A stretch of DNA of 64,000 nt. Source: Enoplolaimus lenunculus. Lineage: Eukaryota. The stretch covers positions 496,001 through 560,000 of the forward strand of contig JASANG010001649.1 in NCBI GenBank assembly GCA_030248215.1, given 5' to 3'. Below, one piece after another: positions 13,670 to 24,865 of the stretch. The notes below the pieces were generated by a model. That model made no database searches, had not been told where the DNA came from, and saw only the letters and a program-made list of their open reading frames with translations. Both the position numbers and the translations under genes were made by a program. Each line of letters starts with the position of its first letter. The first letter of the stretch is position 1.

Positions 13670-16600
13670 TCAAAAGACCAATTTACAACTTTTTAGGGCA
13701 CTGTGATAAGCTGACGCAGTGCAGACAACAGCTCGTGCTGATGCTGGACATCGGAGAAAGGCCAATGCATACCTTTGTTGAGACATCTGGGTGTTCATTA
13801 CTGCGGAGGTTGTGGGAGCACCAAATGGGCAAAGCCCTAAACTCGATTGCCAGGTGGTTAAGCCATCACTAGAGGGTTTTTCCCCAGGTAGAGCATTTCT
13901 ATGCTTAAAATTTAACTTTTGAACGTCAACCACACTTTTGCAAAATGTTTCAGTAGCGATCAGGCATAGTTAATTTGGTGGGTTAAAATTACCCACCCCT
14001 ATTCAAGCTCTTTCCTGAGGTTACTGCCCGTTACGGGATCGAATCTCTTACGAACACCTCTTATTTTCAGCTGGAAGCACACAAAACTGGCATAGCATTC
14101 TGTCCTAATCAATTTAGCAGAAGCCAAGGTTCCATCAGGTTCTAAATTTTGTCCGAACAGGAACAGGACTTTAAAACAATTTTCAATGCCGAATTACTAT
14201 TTCACTTTGTAGTATATCCGTCAAAAACGTGCCGTTAGCAAATTTTTCACGATTTCTTTTCGTTTTCATCGCTCGTACAAAATTACACACCAAATATTTA
14301 AATTCAACCATTTACTAACCAGTCGTAGTGGGACTACATGGATTGAGCGAAGCTAGAACACACGTAAGCAGTTAAGCTAATATGCAAACCAGTCATAGTG
14401 GGACTACATTTATTAAGCGAAGCTCGAACACACGTAAGCAATTAAGGTAATATGCAAATTAGTTGTTAGCTAACTATTCATTTGTCGGTTTTGGAGGTTT
14501 GTAAGCAATTTCCTCAGATTCCTCGCACCCAAAAACCCTTCAGCACCCTAATAATTTTTGGAATAATTTAAAAAGTCCTAATTTTGTCTTGTCAATTAAA
14601 CTAATATGCAAATTAGCTATCAGCTAACTATTCAATTATCGGTTTTGGAGGTTTGTAAACTATTGATACAGATTCCTCGCCTCGCAACAAAAAACCTGAA
14701 GTAAACCCAAAATTATTGAAATAATTTAAAAAGTCCTAATTTTGTCTTTTCAATTAAGCTAATAGGCAAATTAGCTATTAGCTAACTATTCATTTATCGG
14801 TTTTGGAGGTTTGTAAACAATTTATTCAGACTCCTAGCACCCTAAAACTTCAGTAAACCCTAATAATTATTGAAATAATTTAAAACGTTCTAGTTTTGTC
14901 TTGTCAGTTAAGTTAACATGGAAATTAGCTATTAGCTAACTATTCAATTATCGGTTTTGGAGGTTTGTTGAGCGAAGCTCGGAGTTTCGCGAAGCGTTTT
15001 ATGTTTTGTACTTGGGGGTCGAAAGGTGGATGTCCGTCCGTCCGAAAAGAATCTCAGGAACGGCTGAACCGATTTCGATAAACTTTTTTTGTTTGAAAGC
15101 CAATTATCCTGGGGTGTTAACGTCGCATTGGGGTTTTAAAATTTTAAGTCGTTTATTAGCTACAGGCTAATTTGCATAATTAATTAAGCCTAAATTAGGA
15201 CTTTCCACAATACTTCACTAATTATTAGGGTTTTTGGATGCGAGAAATCTGCGTAGACTGTTTACAAACCCCCAAAACCGATAACTGAGCAGTTAGCTAA
15301 TAGATAATTTGCATATTAGCATAGTTTATAAGCCTAAATTAGGACTTTTTACAATATTTCACTAATTATTACAGTTAGAAGCAATATCATTTCAGCACTA
15401 AAGGGTTTTTAGGTGTGAGGAATTTGAGTCAATTGTTTACAAACATCCAAAACCGATAATTGAATAGTTAGCTAATAGCTAATTTGCATATTAGCTTAAT
15501 TAACAAGACAAAATTATGACTTTGTAAATTATTTCAATAATAATTAGGGTTTACTGAAGGTTTTTTGGTGCGAGGAATCTGAATAAATTGTTTACAAAAC
15601 TGTAAAACCGATAATTGAGTAGTTAGCTACGTAATAGATAATTTGCATGTAAGCATAATTGATAAGCCTAAATTAGGCGCTTTTACAATGTTTCACTAAT
15701 TATTAGGGTTACAAGTAATCTAATTTCAGCAATAATGGGTTTTCAGGTGCGAGGAATCTGAATAAATTGTCTAAAGCGATTATCGAATAGTTAGCTAATT
15801 GATGATTTGCATATTTGCTTAATTGACGAGACAAAACTAAGACTTTTAAATTATTTCAACAATTATTAGGGTCTACTGAAGGTTTTTGGGTGCGAGGAAT
15901 CTGAATAAATTGTTCACAAAACTCCAAAACCGATAGTTGAATAGTTAGCTAATAGATAATTTGCATATTACCTTAATTGCTTACGTGTGTTCGAGCTTCG
16001 CCCAATAAATGTAGTCCCACTACGACTGGTAAACAATTTATTCAAATTCCTGGCACCTAAAAACCCTTTAGTGCTGAAATTAGATTGCTTCTAACTGTAA
16101 TAATTACTGAAATAATGTAGAAAGTCCAAAATTTAGGCTTAATTAATTATGCAAATTAGCCTGTAGCTAATAAACGGCTGAAAATTTTAAAACCCCAATG
16201 CGGAGATTCTTTTCGGACGAACAGACGGACGGACGGACGGACATCCACCTTTCGACCCCAGAGTACAAAACATAAAACGCTTCCCGAAACTCCGAGCTTT
16301 GCTCGGAGTTCCGCTTCAATGAAACGCAAAAGCTACAAAATCTTTCAATACTTAAAAGATTTGGTACAACACCGTAAAAATCTGGTTCTTGCGCTCTGCA
16401 ATGGCGGAATAGAATCAGGAACAGAAACTCCGGCCGAAACAGGAAATACTGTGGAACCTTGAAAGAGGAATAACTCCGGTCCGGTTACATCGACTCCAGT
16501 ACACAGCACTCATATTGGTATGTTGCAACTGTGCAAGTCGCTGACACTAACGGTTAACGCACTCCGTAACCAGAATCGTTCAGCCAAAATCTAAACTCAT

Positions 16601-18378
16601 TCGGCAATTTAATTAAAAACCATGCAAACTCCGTCACCGTGCTATACAATCCACTAGCCCAAAAATAAACATAAAGGTTCAAAATGAAAAGTAATAAAAA
16701 ATTAACACGACTGATTCGTAGCAATTCAAATATAAAAACTGACTATGGGGACATTTGCATACTGACCATCATAACTGGTTTTTACATCATTATAACAGTT
16801 TTACAAAAGCCTGAAAACTTATGTGACAGCATTTAACTAGATATAATTGTGCAATATACACCAGTTTTTAGGTATACAAATTAAATTATATAAGCGCCGT
16901 TAAGACCGAACTAGGGAAAAGAGATTTAGGAGGCCACGAGTGCCTGGAATATGGCTAATTAGTAGGAAAATACCAAAGCCACCATTTTAGGCAATTTTAT
17001 AGAAATTTACATGGCTGTGCCACCCACCTACAAGGAGTTTAGGAGTTAAGCAAACACGGGTCATCGGAGTTGGAGCATTATTGAAATTGTTTATTGTAGT
17101 TGTGTTGGAATTCGAAGTTTAACTAGAGTCTTTGGAGTTTAATATTTGTGTTAAGTCAACCCTTTGGCATAATATTTACCTTGTTTAGTAAAGTCTTACA
17201 AGCGGCCGCGTCATATCAGTGTCGTGGTTCCAACAAGTCGCATCGTACTACGGATATACACAAGATACATTTGTATAGTATTGAGGTTCTTATAAGGCAT
17301 AAAATAAAAAAAACTCAGCAGTTCATTGTGAGGTGGCACGGCTCAGTCAGTGGTAACGCACTGGACCGAGAATCTATAGGCTATGGGACATGGATCGCAA
17401 CCTCGAAAGAACGCCCCTGGTTTTCAGCTACAAGCACCCGGAACTAAACAGCAAACAAATACGACATTGTAGTCACGAAGAAATGAACCCAGTAGTTATA
17501 TATTAAATTTATAGTCGACTAAAAGAAAACGCTGTACGTTGCATTGGTTGTAAATTTCCAGCAGGTGACAACAATATTATAATATGCGACTCGCTATGTA
17601 AATATGGTTAGAGTATTCAAGATAAACTATATAGATCAACTCGATTTCTGAAATCACGGAATGCGAATCATGACAGACCGGTGAGGTACAGCCCAATGTT
17701 TTCGACTGATTTACGTGAATGTCGTTTTTTCTGAACGCACCTCATGCCCTTAAACCTTTGAAGTGCTGCCACAAAAGTCTTGAGTGCAATTTGAAACTTC
17801 CAGTTGTATTTTTTTCAAATTGACAAATAATAAACTAAAATTCTTCAAGCAGTGGCGGACTCCAGGTATGTCTATGGAAAGTCGCGCGATATATATAGCA
17901 AGAAAACACTGGCGAGCGAAGCGAGTGACAAGACGGACGCCTAGGTGTTGCTCGCGGTTATCCCTATTGCATATTTGCACAACATCTGACAAATCCAAGA
18001 TTTCTTCGTGAGGTGTTGCGGGTTGACTTAGCAGGAGTTGCGGACTGTTAAACTCAATGTCTAGAAGCCAGCGTGAAATTTTACTATTTTCAAAATTAAG
18101 CCCCAAATTTGTGCCTGTCTTATTTGCTCCTTTGGTACTATAGTAAGGACCGGGTTCGTATATTGAGCATTGGCGGAAAAATTTTTGCGTGCAAAGCAAG
18201 TGTGTGGCCAGACACTATTTTACATTGAAACCCCTTTCTCAGTCGGGTCTTTTGAATAGCCGCTCGCAAAAACAATTACGCAATCGAACCGGTGAATGAA
18301 ATCCTGCACCACTTTTGAACTGAACAACTGCAACAGTTAGGGGGGTTTGAAAACCTAGTGTACACTGTAACTGACCAT
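13670..18378 (-). CDS. Candidate orphan gene, ~308 aa, unknown product
   Basis: Phase-consistent GT-AG chain: 18376-18378 (ATG|gtcagt), 18280-18327, 17756-18214, 17538-17593, 16563-16641, 14052-14104, 13670-13898. Includes the 149-aa and 87-aa ORFs of the track, and the repeats fall inside the predicted introns. No recognised homology; small exons are uncertain. Confidence 0.4.
14318..16320 (-). mobile_element. Helentron/DINE-1-like non-autonomous element (outer copy), split by a second copy
   Basis: Central tandem units (AGCTAACTATTCAATTATCGGTTTTGGAGGTTTGT), (GGAC)n microsatellite at ~16216-16242, sub-terminal GAGCGAAGCTCG-type inverted repeats; the stem-loop end is duplicated at 14318 and 14388. 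Confidence 0.75.
14968..16030 (+). mobile_element. Helentron/DINE-1-like element (inner, full-length, inverted relative to outer copy)
   Basis: 5' subTIR TTGAGCGAAGCTCG, (GTCC)n, central tandem repeats, 3' subTIR CGAGCTTCGCCCAA, terminal stem-loop GTAGTCCCACTAC; interrupts the outer repeat unit at AGGTTTG(T)|AAACAATTT. Confidence 0.75.
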
Positions 18379-18650
18379 CGTTGCTATCTATACACATTAA
18401 CAAATATGGGCCCTAATTATACGCTGTCGCATCAGGGTAGATATATTTTATACTTAGCTAGACTTGTAAATCTGAATGGTTTGGCGCTCGTGGTTTTTCT
18501 GTCTCAAGTCTAAAATAACGATTTCTGTATTTTCACACAGATGCTTGTGTATCCTATAACTTTTCCTTCCATTGTATCGTAAAACCCAGACAACTGAGGT
18601 TTCTCTTCTCAACACAAATACATCAACGGTCAACTGCATTTTATAATAAA

Positions 18651-21600
18651 ATGGCATTCAAAGTCGTGGAGCATCGAACAATATCGCCTATTCTTGCTGC
18701 TATACGTGACAGGTTTTTGTTAAAGAAGAGGATTGGCCTTGGGAAGGTGGGTTCATGACTATGTGTTTACTTCTAGTGTGGTGTGTGTCGGTTTTTGATG
18801 TAAACGGCCAAGTTCGGGATGTATGACGGTAGCGTATTCGCCCTTCACCAACGGCACGGCCGGTTTTAAGAATTTACTGAAGAACGTTTTTACAGAAGGC
18901 ACAGATATGGTTATACAGTATACAATGTTATACGGTGTTTACTGATGCTATTGATTCAATTCGATCTAAGCTTACGTTTTTAGTGTGTTTCTATGTGAGT
19001 AAACGTTTTTATGCGTTCCGAGCGGCTAGAGTAATGACCGAGCCCCGGTGCGTCCGCTGAACGCACTACCTAACAAGGACAGGTTCCGGCACTCAACACA
19101 CCGAACTCGGGAGTACATACAAATCGCTCGCCCATAAGAGTTCTGATTTTAAAGCAGTTCTACGGTACTCAACTCAGGAAATTCTTACCATTTTTTCTTC
19201 GAGTTCGGAATTAAACCAAAAAATCACAAACACAACAAGTAGTTTCCACCTAATAGCGAAAAGCACAGAGTAATAATTCTCTTTTTTTCAGTTTTTTAAT
19301 CCAGCTTCGCAGGTGCTTTGTAAGTTCTACAATGGAATAAGAAGAGATGATTGTTTTTTGAATAATCACTTCTTTTCAGATTGAACATGCAAGTAACGTC
19401 AGATTCGCAGACACTCAGTCACCAAGGTAAGCAGTGTAGAAGCTTATTGAATTTTATCACACTTGGCTGTGTATGTATAAAACTAAAATTGAGTATGAAG
19501 ATGATTCTTTGAAAGCTTTATGGTACGAAACTATTCTGGATATTTTGAGTGAAACACTCATCTTTTTACAAGACTATTGCTAAGCTATTCATCGTTTGTA
19601 CATGTTAAGGACAATGCCACTCCCGCTGCTGCCGCCTGGAGTTAATCACGAATTAAATCACAATTATTACGCCGAACGTGATGGGCGAAGATCTGTGGAT
19701 CCTCCAATAGATTGTACCGGCGGGGAACAGAGGTGAGTCGATTTGGGTTGTATAGCCGGGTGCGACCAGCTGAGATGTGCGGCCTCCGTCTTGACAAGTA
19801 CTGGGATTTAGCTGGTCTCGGTCTCGATTTTTTCATTATCGGTGGTTTGCAAATCGAGACCAAAGAAGTGAAAAACGATAAGCAATCACAAAAAGTTTCC
19901 TTGGATCGCAGGTTTGGACCGGAAGTACTTGCGCATTTTCCCTGCCAACACAGACAGCGAACGATTGTGGAGCACCGCTATCTGGTTACACAGCGATTTG
20001 AGTAACAGAATGACCCCTCTGCTTACCGAAATTTCTATTTTTGTAACGAAACCCACAACACAGTGGTTTTATAGATTATAGATTGTATAGAAGGTGTTTT
20101 GAGAAAACTTTAAAAACTTGTCTTGTTATGTGAATTAAAATTTTTTGTCTCAGGTCACAGATCTCAAAACTGAGGTCGGGCACGAAATATATTAACGTCT
20201 AAAAGTTATGCGGCTGGCATTGTGTTGATATTCTTAAACAAATTATAAATATAACTGAAATTTGCATCATGCAAGATTCGGATTCGAATTCGGCAAATTA
20301 GCAATGGATTCGGATTCGGTCAAATCGTAGATTCCGTGCCACCCTGCCCCGGCGACCACAAACCAAAAAATACTTCAACTCATGTGAGAAAAAACTAACC
20401 CGGACCGGATGTGAATTAGGTCGCATCCTAGATAGCCGTTAAGACTTTCAATATCTTGCTTCGGTTTCCCTAGCCCGTTGGCGGGGATAGCAAGCCCCAT
20501 GCTGCCATCCGGGGCTGATGGTAAGCACAGTGTAGCGGTTGGGGAGATAAGTAATTTTTATATCTAATTCTTGGTTTTATGCTTTGCGCCCTTGCTAAGT
20601 ACGCATCTAGTACCAGCCGGGTGCAACCGGCATTCCGATTCGAGTTCCGATTCAAAACGAGTTCCGATTCCGTTCATACTATATTTTTGAGAATTGTTAC
20701 CAGCCAACAGACCGCCTAAACAGGGTGCAAGGGGAATTCCGATTCCGATTAGAATTCCGATTCAAAACGAGTTCCGATTCCGTTGCATAAAAATTCTGAT
20801 TATTTATCTATTAAATTGCTTTCGATAAGTTAACTTATCAATAATTGATTGTAGATTAGCGTTTATAGAACCAAAAATCATGGCTAGCTTGTCCATGCAA
20901 TTTTTGACCATTTTTGCCAGTAAACAGACACTCAAATCAACATGATATTTGATCCGTGCAGTCATAAAATTTGTAGTTCTGATTCCGACTACAATTCCGG
21001 TATAAATTTGCTGTTCCGATTCCTATTCCAGTATAAACCAGTTCCGCTTCGCACACTTCCCTTAAATCAATATTGTACTTGTTAAACAAACTATCCATAT
21101 TATATAGTTACAAAATTTGTAATTCTGAAATCAGGTATAATCCAGTTTCGCTTAGCACCCTGAGCACCTGTATCGACCGAATATTAATTTCACCTGATAC
21201 CTTAGCCGGAGCCGGATAATATTTTTTACTGGAACCGGATATAACATTAAATTTGCGTAGTGTTGGTAGTGAGTGTTACTAAATTATAAAATGAATTTTT
21301 AGTTTGGATTTTTTTATTTTACGAGCAACATGTGTAGTGTTTTTTGTTTTATGAACTACTACCACCCAGAGTGGCACCGCATCTGCGATTTGACCGAATC
21401 CGAATCCATGGCTAATTTGCCGTATCCGAACCTTGCATGTTGCAAATTTCAGTTATATCTGTTATTTGTTTCAGAATACCAACGCAATGCGAGCCGCATA
21501 ACTTTTAAACGTTAATTTATCTCGTGCCCGACCTCAGTTTTGAGATTTGTGACCTGAAACAAAATTTTTTTATTAATATATTAATTGCCGAACACTGTTG

Positions 21601-22088
21601 GATTAGGCTTTTTCACAGCCGGATCCGAACCACAGGTTTTTGCCGAATCTGAACATTTGTGGCCACCCTGAAATATCCGGTATTCGGTGCCGGATATTAA
21701 ACCGGAATCACATATGCGGTCTGCGGTTTAGGCATTCTTTGCCTTACAATCATTCATGCGCTACGTTAAAACTTGTGTAAAGTAAGTTTAAGAAATGTGG
21801 AAATTGAAGACAATTTCTGTGCTGACAGTGGGCTTTAAAAATGCGCAGCTATGCGCATTCTATTAAAATTAATGGTGAAAAGTCGATATAAAACTGCTTT
21901 GAAGTGATGCTGAAGAAGTTTGTTGTGAATAAGCTTCTAAGCTTATTATTTTTAGTTCTGGCGCTAAACTGAAAAAAGTATTCAATTTGCGGACGCCGGT
22001 GCCTGGAAATGGTGTGACTTGGACCCGTCAAATACACGAAGAGTTTGAGTTTACGCGTGATGACCCAGGATTAAAAACTTTAAAATAG
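18651..22088 (+). CDS. NDUFA7: NADH:ubiquinone oxidoreductase subunit A7 (B14.5a), 132 aa
   Basis: Exons 18651-18746, 19380-19426, 19610-19732, 21956-22088, all GT-AG and in phase; [24 protein letters not shown]...[42 protein letters not shown]...TPVPG matches the NDUFA7 signature (H.L..NYY..RDGRR..PP). Not visible in the ORF track. Confidence 0.9.
20150..20346 (-). repeat. Partial MITE copy, inverted relative to 21367-21670
   Basis: Reverse complement aligns with 21367-21560 (CAGRGTGGCAC...GAATCCGAATCC...); further relatives at ~33578-34310 and ~60630-60685. Confidence 0.7.
21367..21670 (+). mobile_element. CAGRGTGGC-ended MITE (hAT-like termini)
   Basis: CAGAGTGGCAC...GGCCACCCTG terminal inverted repeats; no clear TSD. 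Confidence 0.6.
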
Positions 22089-22534
22089 TGTTAGTTTTAT
22101 TATTTGATACGAACAAGGCCTTTCTGATAAGAAACTTTATTTGGCCAATTCGCATTCGCCTGGTCGAATACGTTGTGATAAAAATATATGTTTATGAATT
22201 TGACTGGATGTACTGCAAGGATCCTGTATGCTATGCATTAAATTTGATACTGGTTTATACCCTTCTGTCTAACATCATCGTTTAATTAGTAGTACAATAA
22301 ACTATTTTGTATGCTTTAGTGTATATAACATATGTACTGTAGTAAAGTTTCTATTAATCATTGATTAGTATTGCCTAATTGTTGTTTTGGACGAGCGGGT
22401 ATTTCTGTCCAAAACGGCATCTTTGGAATTTTTAACAGCACATAGTAGGTTCTCGTTTGAACTAAATACGGGCTTCACACATTGGCTGCATTGCACAAAA
22501 GAGTTCTGCTTTGACTTGAATCAAAAACTCAATA

Positions 22535-23277
22535 ATGTCAGTCACACGTTACCGTACGTTCGTCCTGCACAAAAAATGTCCAAGAGTTTTGCGAAACGGT
22601 AAAGACGTCCTTAAACAGTCAGCTAGTTAATGCTTTTCGTCCGTTTAACCATCTAGCTAGGTACGGACCAAATACAGTTTCTCTGAAACTGTGTCCGGAC
22701 ACGGAAAATATTAACTGTTGGACAGCCTATCTTAAAAGTATGAGGACTCATTTGGGTTAGATTAACTGAGAGAAAACTAGAAGAAACCCTACATTAGGGC
22801 TTCAAGATAGCTTGTATCGAACTAAAATAGGTCTCGTGCACATGGGGTTCGAACCCTGACCTTTGGCTTATTAACCATACGACCTTACCACTGTACTATC
22901 AGTGCACAGTAAAAATTGTTGATATCAAGATATAAGTGAAGGTTATATTGTTTACAATATAATACAACTTTAATAGCGTTGCCTATGCTATGTGCTTCGA
23001 ATTACGCGCTGGTAGCCGAATTGGTAAAGCGGTGGACTCTCGATATCGAGGCCCCCGGATCAATTCATTTAATGGCTTGGTAATTTTTACCAAATCTTAT
23101 TTTCTTTTGGTCCAGGAAAACAGAAATGAGGTAATTCAAACTATGTGCGGACATAGTAGCTAGCTAGTGTAATTGTCCGGACATAGTTTCTACCGTGCTG
23201 TTTTGTGTCCAAAGACATGTGAAAATATGCGGACATTTTTTGTGCAATTCGAACGTATGGTAACATGTGACCGACAT
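22535..23277. mobile_element. Long-TIR element containing two divergent tRNA-like sequences
   Basis: ATGTCAGTCACACGTTACCGTACGTTCG...TGCACAAAAAATGTCC mirrored by GGACATTTTTTGTGCA...CGAACGTATGGTAACATGTGACCGACAT; tRNA-like stretches at 22836-22907 (-) and ~23006-23070 (+). Confidence 0.65.
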
Positions 23278-23724
23278 AAGGTTTTCGCTTGTCAGGTAAG
23301 CTGGCGGTGGCAACGTATCATATTTTGGAGTGAGGTTAATACTCGAAAGTGAACACTGCTTTTGTTAAGTTTCAAACTTTCTGTTAGCTGACTTACTTAA
23401 GTTCGAATTCGAGTTGGTTGAGTTAAGTCATGTCTGCTAAATTTTCTGTTTAAATCTTAGAATTCAATGCTGATGTACTAACTTTTAATTATTAGTACTT
23501 AAGTCTGAGACCTACTAATTTCAGTTGCATTAGCTACGACATGTCACTGACGTTCCTATACGTGCATTCGGAACACAAAATGTCCCCTCCCAAAAGAAAA
23601 ACCGCCAATCATTGACATCATAAGACTTTCACGGCACTGATTTCCAGTAACACGTCTAGGACAATGAAATGTTTGAAAAACACTGTAGTGGACAGTATCT
23701 GATAGACACACTAATGACACCGTA

Positions 23725-24140
23725 GCGGGGAAATATCGAATTTTGGCGGGAAATTAAATTTTGGCGATAAAAATTTAAATTTTGGTGGGAAATATAAATT
23801 GTGGCATGCAAATTAAAATTTTGGCGGGAAAATTGAAATTTTGGTCCATGTTACTTTAAGGGGCGTCCAGGTTTCTGGTTGGTCTATCTATAAAAGAGTA
23901 GGCTTATATTCTAGATTATATTTTTTGCTTAGGCTTAGGAACACAATTTTTGCAACGCTTAGGCTTACTCTTAGGAATACGCTTAATCTAAATTCAAATT
24001 TTTTGGGAATATTTAAATTTTGCCGGAAAAGTCAAATTTTTGCAGAACATTTAAATTTTGGCGGGAACCTTTAAATTTTGGTGGGAAAATTCCAATTTTG
24101 GCGGGAGAATCAAATTGTTTCCGTAAATTCTAATTTTAGC
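23725..24140. repeat. ~20-21-bp minisatellite (AAATTTTGGCGGGAAATT), interrupted by a TTAGGC-bearing MITE fragment
   Basis: Repeated degenerate TTTTGGCGGGAAA units at 23725-23840 and 23990-24140; GGTCCATGTTAC...TTAGGCTTAGG insertion between them. Confidence 0.8.
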
Positions 24141-24865
24141 GCATGAAAAACATACTACTAAAATACTTTGCCATTTAGGTAAATTAAATATCTTAACGCT
24201 TTCCGGTGACAGTTTTAGACTAACGATAAAGTCCGTCAGTTCGCACAACTCGACCTTTAATATTAACATAATGTGCAAACTTTATACAAAATGTCCAGCA
24301 GTCCAATAAATTCTATGCGGACATTCTTTATTTAGAGATAAAATGTCCGCACACATTTTCACAATAACAGTATAGCTAGCGTTTTTATACAGTATATATA
24401 GCGGGACGATGGATGGGCGGAGTGCACGTGGGGTAACGTGAGTGACATTAAGTCGTAAAAATGCTTAAATCATGTTCCTGCGACCCAGCCATTATGTCTT
24501 GAATTCCGTACTTATTTATTAAATTTTCCAGAAATCTGGGTCTAAAATTTTTCAAACTTTAAAGTCTTATTCATGAACGTTGAATACGCGTTCTAGGGTT
24601 TCTCCTACATTGGAAGCATGTGTAAAAGTGTTTGGACATCGAGTTTAATATTAAAGCTGCAGTTTTAATTGAAGCATGTCTTTTTGCGTTTGGCAAAATT
24701 ATTCCAAACATTTAGTTTGGTGTACTATGTAATTAAAGTTGTTAACTATAAAACTATAACGAACACTGGGCTAAGTAAAAGATGCTAACGACCTAAGCTA
24801 TATTTCTGAATGTCTATCTTTGGTAGGTTATTAAAAAGTACGCTAATTTGTGCTTATACTGAGTT

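Noticed and set aside
13681..13900. U1 or other snRNA in a GC-richer island
   Set aside because: No ACTTACCTG 5' end or Sm-site architecture; better explained as a terminal coding exon.
14380..15960. CRISPR-like or centromeric satellite array
   Set aside because: No unique spacers; the units are internal repeats of a Helentron-like element in a eukaryotic context.
18966..18974. Telomerase RNA template (CTAAGCTTA) in NDUFA7 intron 1
   Set aside because: Does not match a TTAGGC template (CTAAGCCTA) and is just a short palindrome common in this sequence.
22836..22907. Functional tRNA-Ile(AAT) gene
   Set aside because: D stem and acceptor stem pair poorly and it lies inside a TIR element; treated as a tRNA-derived repeat.
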